Shown here: in pieces, positions 1 through 10,724 of the stretch
Layout of the letters: each line of letters opens with the position of its first letter
Position numbering within the stretch: the first letter of the stretch is position 1
Assembly: GCA_965219415.1 (NCBI GenBank)
Contig: CBDCNP010000002.1
Span: forward strand, 2,048,001-2,112,000
Direction: 5' to 3'
Length of the DNA: 64,000 nucleotides
Source of the DNA: Candidatus Marinacidobacterales bacterium
GTDB lineage: Bacteria > Acidobacteriota > Vicinamibacteria > Marinacidobacterales > DATDRI01
Notes under the pieces: generated by a model
Told to the model about the DNA's origin: nothing
Seen by the model: only the letters and a program-made list of their open reading frames with translations
The model's database searches: none
Translations under genes and position numbers: made by a program

Positions 1-723
1 CATGTCGACGATGGCCTCGATGGAATTTTTCGGATCCACGAGAAGGTAAATCTTGGCTTCGATTTCGTTGAGAATGAGATCGCCGGACGCGTTGGTCGGC
101 TCGTTTGGCGAAGAATCTGCCCCGAGCCCACCCAGCACAGGTTTGTCTTCGTCCCCCCCTTGACGCACCCGAATCTTGTCTTTCGGTACCAACTGGCGAA
201 ACGACATCTCCAAAGACGGGATGCGCTTCTCGATGATCGGCCATTCGTCGACGCGACGGATTCCCTCCATCAAGATGTGATCGGCGGTTACTGGGATCAC
301 GTTTTCGCGGTCGTAGTCGACTTCCGTGGACGGGTCGAAGTTGTAGGTCCCATCACGCCATCTAAAAATGCGGAACACTATCTGCTGTACTTGCTCGGAA
401 AGGGCTTCCTTCAAGTCCTTCGACTCGATGAAGCCTTGATTGGTAAGGACGTAGCCCAGTCGCTGCATGGACACTTTTTGCCTCGCGAGGGCCTGATCCA
501 GATCTTCTTTCCGGAGCTTGTTTTGACGCACCAGGACATTGCCCAGCAAATCGTCGAGCCTGCGAACGGTGGAGTCGGCGTGCACGACTCGGCCGTCCTC
601 GAACACGACGATGACCGTCTCTCTCTCGCTCTCGAGAGTGAGCATACCCGTCTTGCGCTGCGTGCCAATGAGCTGAAAGATGTCCGGCAGCGCGAAATCC
701 TTTAACGTTCCCCTTAGAGCCAC
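1..723 (-). CDS. DUF4388 (PatA-N-like) domain protein, 3' end outside window
   Basis: Read manually (not in ORF track): GTG at 721-723 gives MALRGTLKDFALPDIFQLIGTQRKTGMLTL, a typical DUF4388 N-terminus; the frame is open to base 1. Confidence 0.8.
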   Translation of the reverse strand, partial: MALRGTLKDFALPDIFQLIGTQRKTGMLTLESERETVIVVFEDGRVVHADSTVRRLDDLLGNVLVRQNKLRKEDLDQALARQKVSMQRLGYVLTNQGFIESKDLKEALSEQVQQIVFRIFRWRDGTYNFDPSTEVDYDRENVIPVTADHILMEGIRRVDEWPIIEKRIPSLEMSFRQLVPKDKIRVRQGGDEDKPVLGGLGADSSPNEPTNASGDLILNEIEAKIYLLVDPKNSIEAIVDM

Positions 724-730
724 TTTTCCC

Positions 731-2692
731 TCACGCCCCGATCCGGGGTTGGGCCACGGTATTGGCCACAACAACCAGAAGGAGCATCACCGCGACCACC
801 AAGTACGTCATGAGCGAGCTGCCAAGTCCCAGTGCCAGGTCCACGCTCGGGTAGAGGCCGCCTCCCAGCACCAGCAAAACCGCGCCGAGAGTCCAGAACA
901 TTAGAAGCGGAAAACCGAGCAACGGCGTGTCTTCGGCAACGTGGCCGGCCCCCGGCGTCACCACTGATAGGATGCGGAAAACGAGTCGGTGGTTCCCCAC
1001 GTAACGATTCACTTGGCCCAGTTTTTGGTTACGGGCACTAGTGGATACACCGTCTTTGACGATGAACAGGTGGTAGCACTGTGTGCAAAGGCCTCGACGG
1101 CCCGTGCCAATCTGACAGCGTCCACAAAAGGGTCCGCCACATTTTCCGCACCGTTGCGTGTTCCGGCGATCGCTAGAGGCCACCTCGAGAATAAGGGCGA
1201 GCACTGCAAACAGAATGACTCCCACCGCGAAGCCAGTCACGCGGGGGCTCGAGAGAACCGTACCCCGTACCGACTGCGGAGGGTTGGGATGCACACCTTC
1301 TTCCAAACCGAAGAACTTGGCGAGAATATAGTCGGGCGCCAGCTGAACGTCGGCCACCGCCCGAAGCCCTCCCGTGCGTTGCTCGAAGGCGGCGACCGCC
1401 AGAGCATCCAAGTTCTCCGCTTGGTCGCGGGCCGCCTCCCGCTCGCTGAACCGAAAGCTTTCGCCGTGTGCAAGGCTCTTGTTGTAGTACGTCACGGCAG
1501 AGTCGGGGTGGTCGGAGATGGCATTGGTGTACTGAAATATCGCACCCTCCCAATCACGCTGCGCAAAGTAGATGTTACCCAGATTGGTTTGCGCCGCGAG
1601 ATCGGTCACATCGAAGTCCAACATTTCCCGATACACGGACGCAGAAAGTTCATACTCTCCGAGGTCCTTGTATAGGATGGCCAGGAGGAGTTTGAGGTCG
1701 CGGTCATCGGGGCTACCATCGAGCGCAGACTGAAGCTCGAACACATCGGTGGCCTCGAACGTGCCGGCATCCGAGGACAACGCAACCCGAAACGCCGGGT
1801 TGATGATGGTACGAGACCACTGGTTATGAAATTCGATCAGCGGGCCCAACAAAAGGAAACACAATAGAGACACTGCGCTCAATGCCTTCTCTCGTCGCGT
1901 CTGGTGGATGAAGGTCAGTGCCAACCAGTATGGGATGAGCCACGCGAAGCCGATCGTCAAGATGACCGGCAAAAACAAGACCAAAAGCGTCAAGGCCGAC
2001 ACCCCACGCCGTCCCAGTTTGTTCGCGAAACGCTCTGCAAAGTCATGATCGAGCAAGGCCGCGTAGCGGTAGAGCATCATCCCCGCGAACAAGAATAGAC
2101 CCAACAACACCGACAGCGTCGCGACAATCAGAAAATTGGCGCGCGCATAATAGCCGCCCCACAAGGAGCGAAACGAAGCGAGGTAACCATTGACCACGTA
2201 CCCAATGTAGGTCGGCAGCCAAAAGCCTCCGGACCGGCGCGCAACCTGGGCAAGTCCCAACAGGGGCGTGGACAACGAGGGGTCTAGTTCGTTGGCGGTG
2301 TCGAAGGTCGTCTTGGCTGCAGCGAGATTTCCTTGCTCCAAATGAGCGCTGCCCTGGAGCACGAGTGCCATAGCGATGTCGTGCAGATGAAACGCGTTTC
2401 GCTCTACGCGGAGACGACGGATTTCCACCAAGATCCTGAGACGCAGCTCGTTTTGCCCCGTCGCTTCGGCCTCCTGATACCGTCTCCAGAGTTGATCGAA
2501 GCTGCCGCTAAGATCGCCAAGAATCACTCCTTCATCAGCAACGCCCTCCCCGTCCTGTGAGGTTGCGGCGTACACCGTTCCCGCGAGCCCGTCGAAAGTC
2601 ACCGCCAACAGCAGGGTGAGGCCAGACGCAAGAAGGTTGCTCGACGCGCCTGACAACCTGCCCAACCTTACCAACCTTGACGACCTTGGCAC
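731..2692 (-). CDS. Membrane-anchored tetratricopeptide-repeat protein with C-terminal Cys cluster
   Basis: 653 aa ORF; TPR-like segments (AQTNLGNIYFAQRDWEGAIFQY), several TM helices, CGKCGGPFCGRC...CTQC zinc-ribbon-like motif. Confidence 0.75.
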   Translation of the reverse strand: MPRSSRLVRLGRLSGASSNLLASGLTLLLAVTFDGLAGTVYAATSQDGEGVADEGVILGDLSGSFDQLWRRYQEAEATGQNELRLRILVEIRRLRVERNAFHLHDIAMALVLQGSAHLEQGNLAAAKTTFDTANELDPSLSTPLLGLAQVARRSGGFWLPTYIGYVVNGYLASFRSLWGGYYARANFLIVATLSVLLGLFLFAGMMLYRYAALLDHDFAERFANKLGRRGVSALTLLVLFLPVILTIGFAWLIPYWLALTFIHQTRREKALSAVSLLCFLLLGPLIEFHNQWSRTIINPAFRVALSSDAGTFEATDVFELQSALDGSPDDRDLKLLLAILYKDLGEYELSASVYREMLDFDVTDLAAQTNLGNIYFAQRDWEGAIFQYTNAISDHPDSAVTYYNKSLAHGESFRFSEREAARDQAENLDALAVAAFEQRTGGLRAVADVQLAPDYILAKFFGLEEGVHPNPPQSVRGTVLSSPRVTGFAVGVILFAVLALILEVASSDRRNTQRCGKCGGPFCGRCQIGTGRRGLCTQCYHLFIVKDGVSTSARNQKLGQVNRYVGNHRLVFRILSVVTPGAGHVAEDTPLLGFPLLMFWTLGAVLLVLGGGLYPSVDLALGLGSSLMTYLVVAVMLLLVVVANTVAQPRIGA

Positions 2693-2740
2693 TTTAATAG
2701 GGTTTTAGAGAGGGGGGCACGGGGGCCTCGGTGCCCTGCA

Positions 2741-3271
2741 TCAGAGCTTCAGGATATTGGCCTTCGCCATAAACCGCATCCGCAGATCGTACAGAATCTG
2801 TTCGAGCGCTTCCTCCTCGTTCTTATCGAGATTGCCCTCGGTCTTCTTCTGCAACATGTCGAGGAAAGAGATCATGTCCTGGCCGGCGCGCAGGTTCTCC
2901 ACTTTCTCGCCCGAACCGGGATCCGGCACGTCGCCGAGTTGCACCAAAGCGTTTGTGGCCAGCATGCTGACGAGGTCCAAGAAACCCAGATCCTGAGGAG
3001 CTCCTGACGTCGCAGTCTGGACGTCTCGGGCGGGCGGGGCCTGCGACCCTTCGTGATGGGCGCGAACCGGTCGCGATGGCGGAGCGGCTGTACCATCTTT
3101 AGAGACGGGAGGAGATGATGCCGCTTCGGGTGCCTTCTCGACTCGGGTGTTTTCTACCGAGGCCTTCGAGGTGTTAGAAGCTTCCTCATCGTTCCGGGGC
3201 TCGCCCTCGGAAGTAAACTTCCTGCGGTCCGTTACCTTGAAGCCCTTGGTCTCGTCTTCTGACTGATTCAT
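2741..3271 (-). CDS. DUF1844 domain-containing protein
   Basis: N-terminal GFKVTDRRKF and C-terminal FLDLVSMLATNALVQLG...LDMLQKKTEGNLDKNEEEALEQILYDLRMRF typical of DUF1844; start placed at ATG 3271. Confidence 0.85.
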   Translation of the reverse strand: MNQSEDETKGFKVTDRRKFTSEGEPRNDEEASNTSKASVENTRVEKAPEAASSPPVSKDGTAAPPSRPVRAHHEGSQAPPARDVQTATSGAPQDLGFLDLVSMLATNALVQLGDVPDPGSGEKVENLRAGQDMISFLDMLQKKTEGNLDKNEEEALEQILYDLRMRFMAKANILKL

Positions 3272-3511
3272 CGATCCCGTTTCGCCTGACCGTTTGACCG
3301 CCTGGTTCGCGAGGGCTGCAGGTTCAACGGAGGCCCTAGGCTGGTAGTTCGGCGGAGTCAGACACCCCGGTTGAGAGCGGTCAAGAGCGGTCATATTAAC
3401 ACAAAGAAACACCGGGATCAACCGAACTATGCCTGTATCTTGCGCTGAGATAATGCTTTATAATTGCGCCGCCTTAACGGGAGCTCAAAGGATCGAATCT
3501 GGGGAGGACCG

Positions 3512-4309
3512 ATGGAGCCCGGTGAACGCTGGGAAAGAATGGTGGCATTGATGGCTCGCTTGCGCGGCCCAGAAGGATGCCCCTGGGATCGGAAGCAGAC
3601 TCTCTACTCGCTCCGCCGATTCATCCTGGAAGAAGCCTACGAGCTCGTCGATGCCATCGAGCAGGATGAAGGTGAGGCGATTAGGGAGGAGACGGGAGAT
3701 CTGCTCCTCGAAGTGCTTTTCGTCTCCCAGATCTGTACCGAGAAAGGCCTCTTCACTTCGAATGATGTGCTCGAGGGCTTGGAAGCCAAGATGGTACGCC
3801 GACACCCGCACGTTTTTGGCGACCAGACCGCCGGCAGCGCGGGCGAGGCGCTCGCTAGGTGGGAGGAGATCAAGGATACCGAGAAGGAGTCGGGTCCTCC
3901 CGTTCCGGGCGCTTTGTTGGGGAAGGTCCCTCGCGCGCTACCAGCCCTGGCACGGGCAGAGAAGCTTTCGGCCCGAGCCGCCCGCGTGGGGTTCGATTGG
4001 ACTTCGGTAGAACAGATATTCGACAAGCTGTACGAAGAGCTCCGTGAGCTCGATGCGGCTCGACAATCGGGAAGCACCGAAGCGGTGGCCGAAGAGCTTG
4101 GCGATCTTCTGTTCGTTCTTGCCAACATCTCCCGCCATCTAGGGATCGACCCAGAGCTCGCCTTGAAAGGGGCGAACCAGAAGTTCGAGACACGCTTTAG
4201 GCATATCGAAGAAAGTCTCGAAGCGGACGGGAGATCGCCTTCGGAATCGAGCTTGGATGAGATGGAAACCCTCTGGCAGGAAGCAAAAAAGAAGAAAGAG
4301 ATGTCTTGA
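3512..4309 (+). CDS. mazG: Nucleoside triphosphate pyrophosphohydrolase MazG
   Basis: LRGPEGCPWDRKQT, EEAYELVDAI, EETGDLL, RRHPHVF, second domain EELGDLLF; GGAGG RBS before ATG 3512. Confidence 0.95.
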   Translation: MEPGERWERMVALMARLRGPEGCPWDRKQTLYSLRRFILEEAYELVDAIEQDEGEAIREETGDLLLEVLFVSQICTEKGLFTSNDVLEGLEAKMVRRHPHVFGDQTAGSAGEALARWEEIKDTEKESGPPVPGALLGKVPRALPALARAEKLSARAARVGFDWTSVEQIFDKLYEELRELDAARQSGSTEAVAEELGDLLFVLANISRHLGIDPELALKGANQKFETRFRHIEESLEADGRSPSESSLDEMETLWQEAKKKKEMS

Positions 4310-4321
4310 GTCAGCCTTGAG

Positions 4322-6727
4322 TCAGGGGCGACTACCGAAGGTTTGTAGCTCCAATCCACCCCGTTGATCGAGTCCGATACTCACCGCGCCATCCACGTCG
4401 GTCCTCAAGTACGTGATACCCCGCGCGCGGAGGCGATGTAACACCCGCGCCGAGGGAAGGTGTAAACTCCCACTAGAAATCACTGCGAGCCGCGGCCTGA
4501 CCGCCTCGAGAAAGGCCGCTCCGGTAGAGCTCCGGCTCCCGTGATGCGCCACCTTGAGCACATCGGCTCGAAGGGGCTTGCCCGAGTGGATGAGCTCGTG
4601 CTCCAGCAACCGTTCGGCATCGCCAGTCAACAAGAGGCGAGATCTACCATAGCGGACTCGAAGCACCAGCGAGTTGTTGTTCCGCCCGTGATTACGCAAA
4701 GCACCGGCAGCGAGCACTTCGAAACCGACGTCGCCGAGCTGAAACTCCTCGCCGCCCCAAAATCGCCGGACCTGCACGCCGCGGGTACTGGCTCCCTGTC
4801 GGAGTTGCCGGTAGGCAGGCAGCTCCCAAGTGGGGGGACCTTGCCAAATTTCCCTCACCTTGAGACCGCGGATCACCGCCGGCAAACCTCCGAGGTGATT
4901 GAAGTCCGAATGGGTCAGAACCACGGCGTGCAAGCTTCGCACTCCGCGCCGAAGTAATGCGGGAACGATGACTCTCTCCCCTATGTCGAAGGAAGGATCG
5001 AATGATCCCCCGCCGTCGACGAGGAGCCGTTTACCATCGGGAAGCTCCAGCAAAAGTGCATCGCCGTGACCCACATCGAGGGCCGTCAATCGAAGCATGG
5101 ATGACGGGGAACCCCGGCCTTCGATCATCAAGGTCAAAGCCATGATGCATAGGAGCATCCCGCATAGCCGCCGTAGCCAGCCATGGGTCACGAAGAGCGC
5201 GCCGAAGATGGTGAAATAGCCCCAAAACCACAACCAGCCCGGCGCGGGCACGCGCATCGATCCTCCAGGAAGAGCGACCGCGACCTGCCCGCACAGCGTG
5301 AGTCCCTTGACCTGTAACCAGACCAACCAAGCGAAGGCCTCCCCAATCCAAGCCACCGGTGCGACGATCAAGAGTAGCGCGGCAGTCACCAACGAACCGG
5401 CAGCCAGAGGCATGGCGACGATACCTCCGAGTACGGCGGCCGGCGTTAACCGTTGAAAATACCAAACCACGATCGGAAGGACGGCTGCCTGCGCGGCGAT
5501 AGATATGGCAATCGCGCGCCCGAGCATACTGAGCCCCCGACCCGAGAAACGACCCAAGTAATGCGACACGGATATCCCCAGGGGCACACCTAGACCGATG
5601 ATCGCAACGGTGGCCGCGAAAGAGAGTTGGAATCCGGGATCGTAGATGTCCAACGGCCGAAAAGCGAGAAGCAAGAGTGCGGAAGCCGCCAGTCCGTTAA
5701 GGGCGGGCACTTCGAGACTCAGAAGCTTGGCACCGACGATCGCACAGCTCATGGTCACCGCGCGTACGACCGAGGGGCGACCACCACATAGAACCGCGTA
5801 GAGCGGAAGCGCAATCAAAAGTACAAAAAGCGCGGGTGTCTGATCGCTTCCTGTCCATCGGAGCACCTTATAGAGGACCCATGCAAGGAGCGCGACGTGC
5901 GCTCCACTGATGACGATCACGTGGAACGTTCCCGATTCCTGATAGAGCCTTTCCGCCCACGAAGGTATGAGGGAACGATCGCCGATCAATAAGGCGATGG
6001 CGACGCCAGGAACTTCGTCTCCGACACCGATGCGGCGGAAGGCCTCGCGTATTCGGCGGCGAACAAACCCGCGAGCCCGCGAACCGAGCTTTCCGGGCGA
6101 CGCACTGAAGGCGGGCGCACCCCGTTCCACTAAGAGCGAACTTTTCACGGAGCCGGACATCGAGATTCCGCGGCGGGCCAGGTAAGCGAGGAAGTCGAAG
6201 CCTCCGGGATTCTGAAACCCGCGGGGCCGGCGTAGCGTCGCCCAGAGTGAGACACGTCACCCGCGGCGAGACTCGAAAGGGATCGTCGAAGCGCCGGCTC
6301 GCCCCGAACATTTAGGCTCACGCCCCGGCGTCGAGCCCCTCGAACCAGGTCGCCCCGCCCACTCCAACCTGCGCCACACGTTCAATAGAAGCTTGGTCGC
6401 TCGTGGCCGGAGGGCCGGCTCAGCCTTCAGAGTGCCCTCCAGGTGAAAGGGTTCTTCGAACCCAACTTCGCCGAGAGCATCATATAGCCGCAGCAATGGC
6501 TGGCGCTCGAGGATTTGCTCGGCCAGCAGGCGCGAGGACGTACCCAAGAAGAAGTAGCTTGAAAGCAGGAGAACGGTTGCGGCCAGTCTTCTTCCACCAC
6601 GGCAGGTCGAGACGGCGCCGGCAAGACACGAGATCGCGAGCGCCACCGTACCCTCGAGTGGAGGCGCGATCCTCGAGACCATCCCGACGACGAAGACTGC
6701 AGCAAGCGCAACAGCGGGGGCCCTCAT
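4322..6727 (-). CDS. comEC: DNA internalization competence protein ComEC/Rec2 (frameshifted near 6250-6350)
   Basis: HVIVISGAHV, PSVVRA, GFQLSF, metallo-beta-lactamase domain LDVGHGDA / THSDFNHLGG / LKVAHHGS; N-terminus (MRAPAVALAAVF, NPGGFDF) lies in other frames upstream of ORF 4322..6160. Confidence 0.9.
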
Positions 6728-6761
6728 TGGGCTACCACCGATGGGGCTTGTCCGCCGAGTG

Positions 6762-7643
6762 TTAGTTCTTGGGTTTTCCCTTGGGGGTAAGCTCTCCGCG
6801 GGCCTTCTTGATGACGAGTCCGCGCGCCAGCCCATCGAAGTCGTCCTGATTCTCCCCCAGTCTCGGCTCGGGGCAAGCCAAGCTCAGGAGGTAGGCGAGG
6901 TCCTTCGAATAGTAGGCGACGATGCGATTGTAGACGGGTAAATCGGCAACTTGTTTGATGAAGCGTAGCTCGTAGGCCGTGTAGGGTCCGAGGTCCAACG
7001 GTCCCGAGCCCAGAAAGCGAAATCCGGGAGCGGCGGCTACCGAGCTCTCGACTTCTCCGATCACTTTGTGGAAATCCTTGTAGCTGCGCATCGATCTTCG
7101 AATCAGCGCCAACGTCGCTCGGGCGTCGCCCTCCCTTTTCTCCAACTGCACCGCGATGTCGAACGAAGCGACCATGTCTTGAACCTGCCAGGCGGCCGAC
7201 GGAACGACGAGGCTCACGCCCAGTTCGTCGTTCGTCCAAACCGGAGACGGCACGTCGCTGGCCGGAATCTTCGGAGTGGTCCGTCGGGGTGCCGAAGGAG
7301 GTTCCGGGAGCGTCGGTGCGGACTCGGCGGCGGCCGGCGTGGGCGGCGGAGCGGGTTTCGGTCCTGGCAGAGGAGAGGCCGGTGACTGCGGTGGAGGCTG
7401 CTTCGCAGGGCTCGCCGGTTGCCGTCCATTCAAGCGGTTGGTCGCGTCGAGATTGATGTAGTTGCTCGGTATCGATCGGAGCTTGCCGTCCATCGTGGTG
7501 ATGACCACAACGTTCTTCTTGATCTCGTACTTCTGGACCTGCATCCGGGTGCCGTCCGTGAAAATTACCACCTCGGCGGCCACAGCCCCGGCGGGCAGGA
7601 ACAAAAGGACGACCAAGATAGTGGCGACAGGCAAGCGCATCAT
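6762..7643 (-). CDS. Secreted hypothetical protein with Pro-rich linker
   Basis: Signal peptide MRLPVATILVVLLFLPAGAVAA, small N-domain, Pro/Ala linker, C-terminal alpha/beta domain. Confidence 0.7.
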   Translation of the reverse strand: MMRLPVATILVVLLFLPAGAVAAEVVIFTDGTRMQVQKYEIKKNVVVITTMDGKLRSIPSNYINLDATNRLNGRQPASPAKQPPPQSPASPLPGPKPAPPPTPAAAESAPTLPEPPSAPRRTTPKIPASDVPSPVWTNDELGVSLVVPSAAWQVQDMVASFDIAVQLEKREGDARATLALIRRSMRSYKDFHKVIGEVESSVAAAPGFRFLGSGPLDLGPYTAYELRFIKQVADLPVYNRIVAYYSKDLAYLLSLACPEPRLGENQDDFDGLARGLVIKKARGELTPKGKPKN

Positions 7644-7745
7644 GCTCTCCTCTCCCAATCGGCGAGGGCAACATACTAGCGACTTCCAGCCCGCCAGGTC
7701 AAAACAGAACTCGGACGGTGTAACTCGGGGAGGGGTTCGCAACCC

Positions 7746-9131
7746 TTATTCCCGGGAGCGGAAGGTCGCGACCGATTCGATGTGGTGGGTATTCGGAAAG
7801 AAGTCGAGCAAGACCAAACGAGCCAATTCGAAACCTCCTCGCCGCAAACGGCCGGCATCGCGACCCAACGACGCCGGGTCACAGGAGATGTAGCGGAGCT
7901 CCTTGGGAGGTTTATCGCAAAGGGCGTCCACCACCCCGCGTTCCAAACCACCTCTTGGCGGGTCGGCGACGACGAGATCCACCCCTTCGAAGCCTTCGCG
8001 GGCAGCAAAATCGGCAGAGCTCTCCTCTCGGAACGTGATGTTGGCGATCCCGGCCCGGCTCGCGTTGGTCCGGGCGTTGGCGACCGCCGGCGGGGAGATT
8101 TCGACGCCCACCACCGCGTCCGCCAAGCCGGCCAACGGCAAGCAAAAGAGCCCACCGCCACAGTACAGGTCGACGACGCGACCGAGGCCGCGCCCGCCCT
8201 GCCCAACATGCCCACCAGGTTCGTCGGCGGGCACCACCTCGCCAACCAGTGCGTCCAGAAGGAAGCGATTTGCCTGGAAGAACGCATGAACACTCGCCTC
8301 CAAGTCAAAGCCCGCCACCCGATGTCTCGTTTGGGTCTCCCCCAGTCGGCGTGAGACCCGCGGCGCGGACGTCGGCCCACTCTCGGTAACGACTAACCCT
8401 GCCAGGCCGACCTTTCGTATGAGCTCTCCGAAATCGCGACGGCCCGGCGCCCTACCCATCTTGACGAGGAAATGAACGACCAACCTCCCTCCGGATTCAC
8501 GCCCTTCAGATTTGCCGCTTTGGGTCGACTCGTCTATTTCCACCGCTCCCACTGGCTCTGTAAGCTCGAACGATTCGATCCCGGACGCCCGCTGCCGATT
8601 GGCGGCCAGCCAATCACGGAGCTCAATAAGCACTCGATTGGCCGCATCCGATATCTGAAGACAGCGATCGATATCCACCACGCGGTGGGTGCCCTCCGCA
8701 TGGAATCCGACCACCGGGCCACGCCGGGTTTGTTTGACGTGGAAGCGCGCCTTGGCGCGATACCCGGACTCGGGTCCCGTCCGAACCGGGACCTCGTCGG
8801 TGAAGTCGAAACCCCCTCCCCGCCGCAGGCTCTCCAGGAGTATCTGTAGCTTCGCCTCTTTCTGAGCCGGCTGCTGAAGGTGCATCATCGAGCACCCCCC
8901 GCAACTCGCGAAGTACGGGCAAGGAGGTTGACGCCGAACGGGTGAGGGTTCGACCACCTCGACAACGGCGGCGCGCAAGAAATCTCGTTTGCGCTCGAAG
9001 GGCTCGACCAGCAGCCGGTCGCCCGGAGCCGATTGGGGAACGAAGATGACTTGGCCTTCGCGTCGTCCGAGGCCGAAACCCCCTGCAACGATCTTTTCGA
9101 TCTGAAGAGCAAACCGTCTGGTCGTTTCCAT
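7746..9131 (-). CDS. rlmD: 23S rRNA (uracil-C5)-methyltransferase RlmD/TrmA family with TRAM domain
   Basis: TRAM N-terminus, CPYFASCGGC Fe-S motif, DLYCGGG SAM motif, DPPRGGL, YISCDPASLGRD, FFPNTHHIES. Confidence 0.9.
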   Translation of the reverse strand: METTRRFALQIEKIVAGGFGLGRREGQVIFVPQSAPGDRLLVEPFERKRDFLRAAVVEVVEPSPVRRQPPCPYFASCGGCSMMHLQQPAQKEAKLQILLESLRRGGGFDFTDEVPVRTGPESGYRAKARFHVKQTRRGPVVGFHAEGTHRVVDIDRCLQISDAANRVLIELRDWLAANRQRASGIESFELTEPVGAVEIDESTQSGKSEGRESGGRLVVHFLVKMGRAPGRRDFGELIRKVGLAGLVVTESGPTSAPRVSRRLGETQTRHRVAGFDLEASVHAFFQANRFLLDALVGEVVPADEPGGHVGQGGRGLGRVVDLYCGGGLFCLPLAGLADAVVGVEISPPAVANARTNASRAGIANITFREESSADFAAREGFEGVDLVVADPPRGGLERGVVDALCDKPPKELRYISCDPASLGRDAGRLRRGGFELARLVLLDFFPNTHHIESVATFRSRE

Positions 9132-9138
9132 GAGGCAG

Positions 9139-9846
9139 CTAGAGATAGAAAAGGCTCAGTGGCGGTAGCCCAAAGATCGAACGAACGCGTTTCAAGTAAG
9201 CCGCTCTCGACGCGGACTCGAATACGTCGGACGGCATGCGGGCTCGGTAGTCTTGAAGCGATCGTTCCGCCTCATCCGAGCATCGTTGCCGATCCTCGGG
9301 CTTGAGGACCGACTCCGCCGCTTCCAGGAGGCTCTTCTCGACCGCGTCCAGCTCCTGCTCGATCTCGTCCAGTGGCATGACATCGACCTCATCCGAGGCG
9401 AGCCAGTCGAGACGGCGAACCGATTCATCGATGGCGTCGACGAGTGCTTGACTTGCGGCATCGACTTTCTCTGTCGCTCCGGCCAGCTCTGCTCTTAGGC
9501 GGGACAAATAGGCCTGCACATCCGTGGGGTCGGTGCCGTTCGATCCGTCCCCCGATGGTGAGCCGGCGACCGCTTCTCGGAACCGTCGATAGTTAGCTTC
9601 GACGGTCTGCCGGCAGTAGGAAAGCCGTCGAATGGGACGGTTGGGTCTACTTCTTTCGAAGGCTCGGTCGAGACCTTGCTTCACGACCCTCAGAGGAATC
9701 TGCAGCTGACGCCAACGATCAATGAGCTGCCACTCGCGGGGACTGATGAACAAAGGGCTGCCGCGAAGAGCGACGAAATGTTTCTCGACTGCTGCATAGT
9801 AGTCTTCGTCATCCTCACGGGTGTCCGGGTGGTGGGCCTGGTTCAT
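9139..9846 (-). CDS. Hypothetical protein, N-terminus weakly DnaD-like
   Basis: ATG overlaps the birA stop (ATGA); YYAAVEKHFVALRGSPLFISPREWQLIDRW; helical C-terminus ending LPPLSLFYL. Confidence 0.7.
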   Translation of the reverse strand: MNQAHHPDTREDDEDYYAAVEKHFVALRGSPLFISPREWQLIDRWRQLQIPLRVVKQGLDRAFERSRPNRPIRRLSYCRQTVEANYRRFREAVAGSPSGDGSNGTDPTDVQAYLSRLRAELAGATEKVDAASQALVDAIDESVRRLDWLASDEVDVMPLDEIEQELDAVEKSLLEAAESVLKPEDRQRCSDEAERSLQDYRARMPSDVFESASRAAYLKRVRSIFGLPPLSLFYL

Positions 9847-10649
9847 TCGTCGGCACCGCGAAGGAAATGGACGTCCTCCGAATAAAGGGTTCGAACCTGG
9901 CCGTCGGGAAGTTGAACTTTCAGGCCTCCGTCTTCGGCGAGACCGCAGGTGGTGGCTTCGAACTCTTCCCCCTCCTTGTCTTGAACCTGCACTCGCATTC
10001 CTGCTTCCCCCCACGCGCGCTCTTCCCACGCGCGAAGGATGTCGGGAGATCTTTCGAGGCACCTGTCCCACCAGAATTCGAGTCGCTCGGCAAGAAAGGC
10101 CGCCACCTGCAAACGATCCTGAGGGCGACCGGTCTCGACCTTCAAAGAAGTCGCGATCGTTTCGAGCTCCTTGGGGAAACGCTCCGGCTCCTGGTTCACG
10201 TTGATGCCGAATCCTGCCACCACGTGGTCGGGGCGGCGGCCCGAAAAACTCGCCTCACATAAAATGCCTCCGACTTTGCGTCCCTTCACGAGAAGATCGT
10301 TGGGCCATCGGATGAGGGGATTCAGAGCGCTGGCGTCAACGATCGCTTCGGCGGCGGCGACCGAGGCGGCCGCGGGCAATAACGTCATGCTGAATTCTTC
10401 CTCCGGAGGCGGCCTCAGAAGAACACTCATGTAAAGCCCGCCCTCGAGGGAGCTCCACTCGCGGTTCCAACGCCCACGACCCGCGGACTGACGATCCGCG
10501 ATAACCACCGCGCCGTGCGGTGCATCCTTCCGCGCAAACATCAAAGCAAGATCGTTGGTCGAAACGGCGTCTTGGTAAGAGAGGACGCAACCTCCCAAGT
10601 GCCTTACCTTGCCGCGCTCTCTGAGCAAACGACCTAGAGAAGTCTCCAT
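9843..10649 (-). CDS. birA: Biotin--[acetyl-CoA-carboxylase] ligase
   Basis: STND, QSAGRGRWNREWSS, RWPNDL, KVGGILCE, GFGINV; no N-terminal HTH. Confidence 0.93.
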   Translation of the reverse strand: METSLGRLLRERGKVRHLGGCVLSYQDAVSTNDLALMFARKDAPHGAVVIADRQSAGRGRWNREWSSLEGGLYMSVLLRPPPEEEFSMTLLPAAASVAAAEAIVDASALNPLIRWPNDLLVKGRKVGGILCEASFSGRRPDHVVAGFGINVNQEPERFPKELETIATSLKVETGRPQDRLQVAAFLAERLEFWWDRCLERSPDILRAWEERAWGEAGMRVQVQDKEGEEFEATTCGLAEDGGLKVQLPDGQVRTLYSEDVHFLRGADE

Positions 10650-10724
10650 CAGACTGGTGTGTCCCCTTTATCGGTCGTCGTGGGCCGGTACGAGACGAGG
10701 GGGCTGACCAGCACGATCAGTATG

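Noticed and set aside
3272-3460. Possible 6S-like ncRNA upstream of the DUF1844 gene
   Set aside because: No convincing long closing stem or consensus beyond a TTGAAC-like word
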